From the NCBI RefSeq assembly GCF_028368995.1, contig NZ_JAQNDL010000003.1:672001-736000 (forward strand): a DNA stretch of 64,000 nucleotides. Direction: 5' to 3'. Of the stretch, positions 41,122 through 49,374 are shown one piece after another. The position numbers and the translations under genes are program-made. Origin of the DNA: Nannocystis bainbridge (GTDB lineage Bacteria > Myxococcota_A > Polyangia > Nannocystales > Nannocystaceae). The notes below the pieces were generated by a model. It was not told where the DNA came from and searched no databases. It was given only the letters and a program-made list of their open reading frames with translations. The first letter of the stretch is position 1; every line of letters starts with the position of its first letter.

Positions 41122-44100
41122 ATGACTCCGTTCGAATTGCTCCCGCACGGCGGGCTCGACCAATCGATCCTCATCCCGGTCCTGGTCGGGGTCTACGTCG
41201 CCCTGCTCTTCACCGAGACGTTCGGCTGGGTGTTCGTCGGCCTGGTCGTGCCCGGCTACCTGGCGTCGGTGCTGGCGCTGCAGCCGACCACCGCCGCGGT
41301 GATCGTGCTCGAGGCGATCGTCACCTACCTGCTGGCCCGCGGCCTGGCCTACGCGCTGGCGCCGACCGGCGTGTGGGCGCCGTTCTTCGGCCGCGACCGC
41401 TTCTTCGTGATCGTCCTCGCCAGCGTGCTGGTCCGCCAGCACGACCAGCTGTGGATCTTGCCGGCGCTGTCGTCGTGGCTCGAGCTGCAGATGGGCACCG
41501 AGCTGCCGCCCGTGCGCGAGTTCTACAGCATCGGCCTGGTGCTGGTGCCGCTGACGGCCAACATGCTGTGGAAGCCGGGCCTCTTGCGCGGGCTCGGCCC
41601 GCTCGCGGTCGTCGTCGGCCTGACCTACGCGATCCTCGAGCTGGTCCTGCTGCCGCTGACCAACCTGTCGCTGTCGTCGTTCGAGCTGCTCTACGAGGAC
41701 AGCGCGATCGACTTCCTCGGCCACGCGCGCGCCTACGTGCTGCTGCTGACCACCGCGACGCTGGCCGCCCGCTTCAACCTGCGGTACGGCTGGGACTTCG
41801 GCGGCATCCTCGTGCCGGCGCTGCTCGGCCTGCTGTGGTTCACGCCGATCGAGATGATGGTGACGCTGGCCGAGGCCTGCATCCTGTGGAGCATCACCAA
41901 GCTGCTGCTGCGCTACACCCCGCTGAAGCGCTACAACCTCGAGGGCCCGCGCAAGCTGGCGCTGGTGTTCACCCTCAGCGTCGCGCTCAAGTGGCTGCTG
42001 TCGCTGATCGTCAGCGTCGCCATGCCCGGCGTGCGCGCCCGCGAGCTGTTCGGCTTCGGCTACCTGCTGTCGACCCTGCTGGCGATCCGCATGCTGCCGA
42101 AGAAGGCGACGCGGCGGGTGCTGCTGCCGACCATCACCACCGCGTTCGCCGGGTGGCTGATCGGCAGCGCCCTCGGCCTCGGCCTCGACATCGCCGCGCC
42201 GGTGCCGACCCCGGTGCCGGCCTTCAACCCGCGCAACACCAGCGATCGCCTGCTGCGCAGCGAGGCGGGCGCGCTCGCGCTGGGCCACGTGCGCGCCGAA
42301 CTCGCCCCGCCGCGCCTCGACGCGCCGCCAGCGTCCGCGCTCGTCGCCCACGCTGAGGCCTGGTCGGCGCTGGCCGCATGGATCGCCGCGCCGACCGACG
42401 ACGCGGCCGCGACCGCCCGCGACGCGGCCGCCCGCGCCGACCTCGGCATCCACGCGATGAGCGCCCCGACCGGTCTCTTCCACCATGTCTCTTACGCCAT
42501 CTCACCGATCGAGCGCGGGGTCGTGCACACCAGCTGGCCGTCGGCGCTGGTGGTGCCCGGCGCGAGCGGGCCGGCGATCGTGGTCCCGCGGCCGGTCGCC
42601 GAGGCGCCCGCCGCCGAGGCCGCAGGCCCGCTGTGCGCCGCGCTGGCGTGCCGCCTCGTCCTCGTCGCCGGGCGCGATCAGGTGCCCGGCGTGATCGACA
42701 TGACCTTCTCGGCCGCGCTGGCGCGCCTCGCCCCCGAAGGCGCGGTCGAGCTGCGCGCCGACTTCGACGCCCCGCCCGGACAGCCGCTCGTCCACCTCGA
42801 GGCCGCCGCGCCGATCGGCGCGCCGGCGCTGCAGCCGACCAGCCCGCGCGGCGTGGCCGGCCTGCCGCCGATGGCCGTGGCCGAGGGCGCCCCGCCGCTG
42901 CTGCTCGGCGCCCCGTGGGGCGAGGGCCGCCGCGCCGTGGTGCGCATGCACCCCGAGACGATGCGCGCCAGCCTGCTGCAGGGCGCGCCCGAGATCCGCA
43001 GCGCCCCCGCGCTGATGCCGTGGCTCGCCGAGCAGGTGCGGGCGTGGAGCGAGCGGCCCGACAGCGGCCTGGCCGCGCCGTCGGTCGCCGAGCTGACCTT
43101 CCTCGAGCGCCACGTCGCCGAGCCGCTGATCCACGGCTTCACCGAGGACCGCGCGCTCGCGGCCCGGTTCGCCCGCCTGGTCGACGCCGAGGTGTGGCAG
43201 CTGCGCGACTGCGGCTCGCGCCGGCCGTGCCGCGCCCTCGTGGCCGGCGGCGAGATCCTGGTCCTCGGGACAGGTCCCTCCCGGCTCGTGATCGAGGCCA
43301 TCCGCGTGCCCGAAGAAGCCGGCACCTGGCGCCTCGCCGCCGAGCTGTTCAGCGCCGCCAGCGGCCGCGCGCTGCTGATCGCCATCAGCCGCTCGGGCGC
43401 CGGCATGTCGGCGTTCACCCCGGCGCAGGCGCTGCACCAGGCGCTGTCGGCCGACGAGGCCGGGACCCCGCGCACGATCGTGCAGATCCGCGGCCTCGGG
43501 GCCCGCCCCGGCGCGCCCGCCGACGCGCTGGCGATCGGCCGCCCGCGCGCCGGCATCGGCGAGCTTCCACCTGTCCTCGCGGACATGTTGACCATGTCCG
43601 GCCCGCTGGCGTTCGTGCCGCGCTGGCGCCTGCTCGAGGACGCCCCCGAGCTGGCCGCGCTGGTCGGCGTGCGCGACGCCTTGATCGCCTTCTCGGCCGC
43701 CTTCACCGCCGACGCCGCCGCCATCCTGTGGTTCCCGCCCGCCCTGCGCCGCGTCTACGCGCTCGGCGACCCGTGCCTCGACCTGCGCCGGCTGTCGGCG
43801 CTCGACCTGGTCCCGACCGGCCGCAGCTGCGGCGCGTGGGTCCGCGACGAGGCCGCGCTGGCGCTCGGCGGGGTCGCGCCCGGCGCCCAGGATGCCCGAA
43901 CGGTCATGTCCAAAAAGACAGCTCAGGACGACCCTCCGGCGCGTCGCCAGGCCGCCGAGGCCCGCGCCGCCGCGGCCCGCGCCAAGGCGGGCCCTGGCGT
44001 CACCGTCACCACCACCGCCGACTTCATGGCCGCGCTGGCGCAGGTCGAGGCCTACGCCGAGTCGAACAACCTCCACTGGTTGCGCCTGGTGCTGGCCGAG

Positions 44101-44310
44101 CCGGGCCTGCGCCTGCAAGCCGGGCTCGGGCGCACCACCGGCCGCGGGTTCCTCTCGCTGTGCGAGACCGCGGGCGACCGCCGCTGCGCGATCGTCTGGC
44201 TCGGCCCCGCCCTGGCCGGCCGCACCGTCGTGCCGAGCAAGATGCGCGCGGTCGGCCCCGCCCTGTGGCGGCGCAACCGGACCCTGCTCGTCGACGGGGA
44301 GGAGCGCTGA
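41122..44310 (+). CDS. capC: Large CapC/PgsC-family membrane protein (tandem CapC domains plus C-terminal soluble region)
   Basis: LLFTETFGWVFVGLVVPGYLA matches the CapC signature; second copy RYGWDFGGILVPALLG; many TM helices followed by ~700 soluble aa; GGAGA RBS. Confidence 0.8.
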   Translation: MTPFELLPHGGLDQSILIPVLVGVYVALLFTETFGWVFVGLVVPGYLASVLALQPTTAAVIVLEAIVTYLLARGLAYALAPTGVWAPFFGRDRFFVIVLASVLVRQHDQLWILPALSSWLELQMGTELPPVREFYSIGLVLVPLTANMLWKPGLLRGLGPLAVVVGLTYAILELVLLPLTNLSLSSFELLYEDSAIDFLGHARAYVLLLTTATLAARFNLRYGWDFGGILVPALLGLLWFTPIEMMVTLAEACILWSITKLLLRYTPLKRYNLEGPRKLALVFTLSVALKWLLSLIVSVAMPGVRARELFGFGYLLSTLLAIRMLPKKATRRVLLPTITTAFAGWLIGSALGLGLDIAAPVPTPVPAFNPRNTSDRLLRSEAGALALGHVRAELAPPRLDAPPASALVAHAEAWSALAAWIAAPTDDAAATARDAAARADLGIHAMSAPTGLFHHVSYAISPIERGVVHTSWPSALVVPGASGPAIVVPRPVAEAPAAEAAGPLCAALACRLVLVAGRDQVPGVIDMTFSAALARLAPEGAVELRADFDAPPGQPLVHLEAAAPIGAPALQPTSPRGVAGLPPMAVAEGAPPLLLGAPWGEGRRAVVRMHPETMRASLLQGAPEIRSAPALMPWLAEQVRAWSERPDSGLAAPSVAELTFLERHVAEPLIHGFTEDRALAARFARLVDAEVWQLRDCGSRRPCRALVAGGEILVLGTGPSRLVIEAIRVPEEAGTWRLAAELFSAASGRALLIAISRSGAGMSAFTPAQALHQALSADEAGTPRTIVQIRGLGARPGAPADALAIGRPRAGIGELPPVLADMLTMSGPLAFVPRWRLLEDAPELAALVGVRDALIAFSAAFTADAAAILWFPPALRRVYALGDPCLDLRRLSALDLVPTGRSCGAWVRDEAALALGGVAPGAQDARTVMSKKTAQDDPPARRQAAEARAAAARAKAGPGVTVTTTADFMAALAQVEAYAESNNLHWLRLVLAEPGLRLQAGLGRTTGRGFLSLCETAGDRRCAIVWLGPALAGRTVVPSKMRAVGPALWRRNRTLLVDGEER

Positions 44311-47147
44311 TGCAGCCCGATCGCTCGCTGTGGCGGCGCGGCGGCCCGCTCGCCAGCCGTCGCCTCGCCTTGCCGACCCTGGTGGCCCTGCTCACCGCCA
44401 TGGTCCTGGCCGCCCGCGGCCCCGCGGCCGTCGAGGAGGAGGCCGCCGACGACATGTTGACCGCGACCAGCGAGCGCATGATCGCCTACGTCCTGACGCC
44501 CGAGCACGGGCCGCGCTTCCGCCTGCCCGGCGGCCCCGAGTTGGTCCGCGTCACCGCCCACCTGGTGCTCCCGAGCGGCCAGACCTACGTGCCGACCCGC
44601 CGCTACGGGTTCGGCCTCGAGGCGACCTTGCGCGCGCCCAACGGCGAGATCCTGTGGCGGCGCCAGCTCTCCGATCGCACCGACCAGACCAAGGCCGGCC
44701 ACGGCGACGGCGGGTGGATCTACGAGGCCGCGTTCGCGGCCGACCACCGCTACGAGCTGGCCGACAGCGCCGGCCTCGAGCTGTCGCTGCCGAGCTGCCC
44801 GCCCTCCTCCACGCTCGAGCTGCGGCTGTCCCAAGAGACAGGCATCCTCGGCAGCGACGGCAACAAGATCGCCGTCCCGTTCACCAACCCGAGCGCCCTC
44901 GTCCGCGTCCACCGCCGCGTCGACCTCGGGCTCGCCGGCGAGAGCCTGCGCCGCAGCGCCACCCAGGCCGCGCTCGGCAAGGCGCGCCTGGCCGCCTCCA
45001 CCTTCCTCCCCTGGCACGCCCTGCGCGAGGCTCACCGGGCCCACGCCGAGGCCGAGGCGTGGGAGCGCATGCCCGCCGAGGGCCGCGCCGGCGTCGACTA
45101 CCGCGGCGAGAGCGTCTACGTGGCCGCTGGCCCGCCGCCCGCGCCGCCGCCTCCCGAGCCGCCCGCGCTGGCGATCGCCCCCGGTCAGGCGGCGATCGTC
45201 CACCTGCTCGGCCCTGGCACCGCGACCGTGCGCACCCGCGGGACCGCGACGGTCTCGACCGACATGCCGCAGGAGATCGCCGTGCGCACCCGCTGGCTCG
45301 GCCCGTTCCCCGCCGGCCCCGACCCGCTGCCGGCCTCGCCGCCGACCTCGATGCTCTCGATCCCGATCACCGACGCCTGGCAGGAGCAGGCGATCGCTCT
45401 GGCCGCCGGCTGGACCGCGATCGAGCTGTCGACCGCCGTCGGCGCCGCCGACGTCCAGGTGGTCGCCAGCGACGGCGCCCGCCACCCGACCACCGACGAG
45501 GCCGGCGGCGACGCGGCCCGCGAGTCGACCTTCGCCGCCCTGCGCATGCCGGCCGAGACCGAGCGCAGCGGCTGCGCCAACGCCCGCCTGACCTACCGCG
45601 CCGCCTGCACCTTGACGACCCCGCCTCCGCCGCCCTCGGCGCTGATCCCCGTCGACCTGCGGACCTTGCCGCTCTACCGCATCGGCCCCGACGTCGCGCC
45701 GCTGTCGTTCAACCTGATCGGCCCCGAGGACATCTACACCCGGACCCTGCGCTTCGACGTCCGCTCGCTCGGCGTCGTCGCCCCGGTCCGCCTCGGCCTC
45801 GAGTTCCTCGACGCCCGCGGCCACGTCGTCGCCGCCCACGAGCTGCTGGCCGAGCCGACCGGCCTGTCGCTGTTCGAGCGGGCCCGCCCGCCCTCGTCGT
45901 TCTTCGCCGAGTCGGCCGGCGGCGGCGACGACGAGGAGGGCCAGGTCCCGTCGCTGTTGCCCGCGCTCGGCCTCGCTCTGGCCGAGCGGCCCGTCAGCGA
46001 GCCGGTCTCGCTGCGCCTGCTCGCCCCGCCCGAGGCCGTGCGCCTGCAGCTCACCGGCGGCTCGCCGGCGCTGCTCGACGTCCGCACCGTCCTGCCGCCC
46101 CCGGCCGACGAGGTCGGCGGCTCGCCATGGGTCTGGCCTTACGACCAGGTGGTGGTCGACGACGAGCGCTGGCGCTACGCCCCGCGGCGGCGCGACCGGT
46201 GGTTCCCGCTGCGCGCGGAGGACCACGTGCTGCGCCGCGCCGCCGGCCAGGTGATGCCGCTGCAGGCCCAGATCCGCCGCGAATACGAGCCGCCGCGGCC
46301 GACCACCGACGGCCCGTGGATCACCGAGCGCCCGCGCAACGCAGCCCAGCGGCTCGACATCCTCGAGCTGGTGCCGCTGGCGCGCCGCGACGAGACCATC
46401 GCCAACTGGGGCCCCGGCGAGGTCTCCGTGTTGCGCCCCGGCGTGGTCGAGAAGATCGACCTGCGCCGCGGCTTCGCCCGCCCCACGCGCATGCGCTACC
46501 ACGCCATCGGCGCCGGCGTGCGCGCGCTCGGCCAGGACATCGCCCTCCGGATCAACGAAGAGGACGACGACTGGCTCATCACCGCCCGCGCCGAGAGCCG
46601 CCGGATCGCGCGGCCCAAGGGCGGGCTCGTGTCCCTGCTGTGGAACTCCGGACCGGAAGCCGTGCGCCTCCTCGTCAACCGCCCCACCCTGTCCGGCGCG
46701 CCGATCTACACCGCGCGCCAGATCTACCGCCTCGGCGACAACGCCCTCACGATCGACGTGCCCAAGCGCGGCGGCATCGTCGAGGCCCTGCACGTCGTCG
46801 TCTACTGGCTCGAGGGCGCGCCGACCACCGCGACCTCGTTGAAAGTGGCGATCGACGGCGGCGCGCCCAGGCGCCACGGCGCCCGCGGCGTCAACGTCTC
46901 GCAGGCCGAGCACTCGGTGGTCCTGATCCCCGACTCCGGCACCGAGCTGCTGCGGACCGACCGCGACACCCCCGTCCGCGCCCAGCGGACCACCTTCACC
47001 ATCCGCCTCGGCGACGACCTCGCCCCGGGCCGCCACTCCGTCACGTTCCGCCGCGACAGCGGCGCCCCGGTGTGGCTGCGCCTGTTCCGCGAGGCCCCGA
47101 AGAGCCAGGGCGCCGCCCCCGATCTCGAGCTCGGCCATGACGACTGA
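44310..47147 (+). CDS. Large exported or anchored hypothetical protein (945 aa, beta-rich)
   Basis: TGATG overlap with the upstream stop; N-terminal hydrophobic segment RRLALPTLVALLTAMVLAA. Confidence 0.8.
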   Translation: MQPDRSLWRRGGPLASRRLALPTLVALLTAMVLAARGPAAVEEEAADDMLTATSERMIAYVLTPEHGPRFRLPGGPELVRVTAHLVLPSGQTYVPTRRYGFGLEATLRAPNGEILWRRQLSDRTDQTKAGHGDGGWIYEAAFAADHRYELADSAGLELSLPSCPPSSTLELRLSQETGILGSDGNKIAVPFTNPSALVRVHRRVDLGLAGESLRRSATQAALGKARLAASTFLPWHALREAHRAHAEAEAWERMPAEGRAGVDYRGESVYVAAGPPPAPPPPEPPALAIAPGQAAIVHLLGPGTATVRTRGTATVSTDMPQEIAVRTRWLGPFPAGPDPLPASPPTSMLSIPITDAWQEQAIALAAGWTAIELSTAVGAADVQVVASDGARHPTTDEAGGDAARESTFAALRMPAETERSGCANARLTYRAACTLTTPPPPPSALIPVDLRTLPLYRIGPDVAPLSFNLIGPEDIYTRTLRFDVRSLGVVAPVRLGLEFLDARGHVVAAHELLAEPTGLSLFERARPPSSFFAESAGGGDDEEGQVPSLLPALGLALAERPVSEPVSLRLLAPPEAVRLQLTGGSPALLDVRTVLPPPADEVGGSPWVWPYDQVVVDDERWRYAPRRRDRWFPLRAEDHVLRRAAGQVMPLQAQIRREYEPPRPTTDGPWITERPRNAAQRLDILELVPLARRDETIANWGPGEVSVLRPGVVEKIDLRRGFARPTRMRYHAIGAGVRALGQDIALRINEEDDDWLITARAESRRIARPKGGLVSLLWNSGPEAVRLLVNRPTLSGAPIYTARQIYRLGDNALTIDVPKRGGIVEALHVVVYWLEGAPTTATSLKVAIDGGAPRRHGARGVNVSQAEHSVVLIPDSGTELLRTDRDTPVRAQRTTFTIRLGDDLAPGRHSVTFRRDSGAPVWLRLFREAPKSQGAAPDLELGHDD

Positions 47148-49302
47148 TTCCCCCGATCACCTCATGTCTTATGGGACATGTCCTCATGGGCATGTCTTAA
47201 AAGACACTATTTTGGCCTCCCCGGCCCCCCTCTGTCCTCGCGGCCGCGCGGCCCCGGCGGTTACATGTCCCTCCGGACAGGTCACATCGCCGCCCGCGAA
47301 GCCCCCGGGCGGCCGCTCGCACCTCGCCGCGACGCACGCCCCGGGTCAGCCGATCCCTCTCCCGGCCGCCCGCGCCTATCCCCCCGCCTCGCCCGTCATC
47401 CCGCCCGGAGCCCCGCCCCCGCCCGCTGCGAGCCGGCCCGATCGCGGGTCCGCGTCGACCGCCGCGGGCCAGGGCGACCCGCGCCTCGCCGTGGCCGCGA
47501 CCCTGCTCGACCCGCGGCTCGTGGCCCTGAGCCAGGCGCCGCAGGTCCGCCCGCCCGCCGTCCCCGGGCGGCCCGCGGCGCCGATCGCCCGCCCGCTCGC
47601 CGGCCCCGCAGAACCGCCCGCCGTCCCCACCTGTCCCCCAGGACATCTTAAAAATTCTCCCCCGCGCCCGCCCGCCTATCCCTCGGGACAGCTCGCAAGC
47701 CCCCGCTCGGCGCCCCTCATCGCCAGCCCATCGCCAGGCCTACGGCCCACCTACCCCTCGGGACAGCTCGCCATTACCCCCGCGTCGCCCAGCTCTTGTC
47801 CCGCCCTACAAGCCACCTGTCCCGCGGGACAGCTCGCCCATTCACCCTCCCCGACCGCGAGCCCGTCACTCGCCCTACAAGCCACCTATCCCTCGGGACA
47901 GATCGCCAGCTCGCCTGCGGCCCTGCCGGCAGCGAACCCATCCATCGACCCGCGCTCGCGCCCCGCCGCCCCGCGCCCGCCCGCCGTGCCTGCCCACCCG
48001 GCCCGGGCCGCGCGCCCCCCCGGCCACCCCGCCCAGCTCGCCGCCGGCGGTCCGCTGCAGCCTCCGCTCGCCACCTGTCCCGCGGGCCAGCCCGCCCACC
48101 TCCGCAACACCTGTCCTGAAGGCCAGCCGAGCTCCCCGCTCGCCGACCCGCCGCCGCGCCCGCCGGGCGCGCGCGGCTGGGCCATCGTCCTCGCGCTCTC
48201 GGCCGGCTGCCAGGGCAGCACCTGCGACTGCACCGACCCCGACCGGCCCGGCTGGGGCGCGCGCGCCCTGTTCAAAAATGACCGTACGGACATGCCCCCA
48301 TGGACAGGTCCCGAAGACCAGCCTGCCTCGGCCGCGCTGACCGGCGAGCGCCCGCGTCCGCCGGCCCGGCCGCTCGACGCCTACACCATGATCGACCCGA
48401 CCGAGCTCCGCCAACGGCTGTGGACCGAGCCGCCGCCGCCCTTCTACGTCCCGCCGACCCCCGAGCGCACGGCCGCCTTCGAGGCGCTGATGCGCGGCCT
48501 GCTGGCCACGCCGACCCCCGAGCCCGAGGCGCTCGGCGAGCTCGCCTGGGCCGCCGGTTACGAGGTCCACGCCTGGTACGTCTCCGGCCAGCGCCTGCTC
48601 GCCGCCGTCGAGCCGCGGACCCAGCAGACCGGCGGCGGCGCCTACCTCGTGCGCGTCGACGACGGCCCGGCCGCCGCCGCGCGCCCCGTCATCCTCCAGG
48701 CCCCGCACGCCTTCCACGACCTCGGCACCGAGCGGATCGCCCTCGCCCTGGCCCTGCGCGGCGACGGCTGGCCGCGCGCGCTGTTCGTCAACACCGTCCA
48801 CCGCTACCTCGACACCGACGGCCAGCGCCGCGAACGCGACGGCGCCCCCGCCGACCCCTGCCACAACCCGCAGCATTTATTCTCGGTCGCCACCGCCGCC
48901 GCGCTCGACGCCCTGCCGCGCGTCGAGGTCGTGCAGATCCACGGCTTCAGCGAGGACGACGAACCACTCGGCCCCGCCGCAGTCGTCAGCGCCGGCGACC
49001 GCGTCGCCGCCACCACCCGCACCCGCGAGGTCGCCCAGCGCCTGCGCGGCGGCCTCGGCGTCGAGGTCGCCCTGTTCCCCGACGACCGCACCCGCCTCGG
49101 CGCCACCGCCAACGCCCAGGGCCGGCTGGTCCGCTCCCGCGGCGGCGCGGCCCGCTTCGTCCACATCGAGCTGTCGCACGAGCTGCGGCGGCGGATCCAG
49201 CGCGACGCGCGGGCCCTGGCCAGCCTGGCCGAGGCGCTCCGCCCCGACCCCCGCGACCCCGATGAAACGCTCGGCCTCGGCCCGCCCTCGCGCCCGCTCT
49301 GA
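47137..49302 (+). CDS. Zn-hydrolase resembling PghP/YjqB poly-gamma-glutamate hydrolase, with a long Pro-rich N-terminal extension and internal lipobox
   Basis: VILQAPH..HDLGTERIA, VVQIHGF, LGATANAQ, FVHIELSHELR; lipobox LSAGC near 48200; 11-bp overlap with the previous gene. True start uncertain. Confidence 0.65.
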   Translation: MTTDSPDHLMSYGTCPHGHVLKDTILASPAPLCPRGRAAPAVTCPSGQVTSPPAKPPGGRSHLAATHAPGQPIPLPAARAYPPASPVIPPGAPPPPAASRPDRGSASTAAGQGDPRLAVAATLLDPRLVALSQAPQVRPPAVPGRPAAPIARPLAGPAEPPAVPTCPPGHLKNSPPRPPAYPSGQLASPRSAPLIASPSPGLRPTYPSGQLAITPASPSSCPALQATCPAGQLAHSPSPTASPSLALQATYPSGQIASSPAALPAANPSIDPRSRPAAPRPPAVPAHPARAARPPGHPAQLAAGGPLQPPLATCPAGQPAHLRNTCPEGQPSSPLADPPPRPPGARGWAIVLALSAGCQGSTCDCTDPDRPGWGARALFKNDRTDMPPWTGPEDQPASAALTGERPRPPARPLDAYTMIDPTELRQRLWTEPPPPFYVPPTPERTAAFEALMRGLLATPTPEPEALGELAWAAGYEVHAWYVSGQRLLAAVEPRTQQTGGGAYLVRVDDGPAAAARPVILQAPHAFHDLGTERIALALALRGDGWPRALFVNTVHRYLDTDGQRRERDGAPADPCHNPQHLFSVATAAALDALPRVEVVQIHGFSEDDEPLGPAAVVSAGDRVAATTRTREVAQRLRGGLGVEVALFPDDRTRLGATANAQGRLVRSRGGAARFVHIELSHELRRRIQRDARALASLAEALRPDPRDPDETLGLGPPSRPL

Positions 49303-49374
49303 CCTGTCCTTCGCGACATTTCCCTCGGGACATGTCGCGCGTCGCTCTCGGCCCCTCCCCCGCAGGAGCACCCC

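Noticed and set aside
42378-44309. 5' extensions of track ORFs 42378-47147, 53172-59336, 58501-60558, 11428-13707 and 25329-27926
   Set aside because: They overlap other real genes; downstream starts with an RBS, a stop-start overlap or the onset of family motifs are more plausible.
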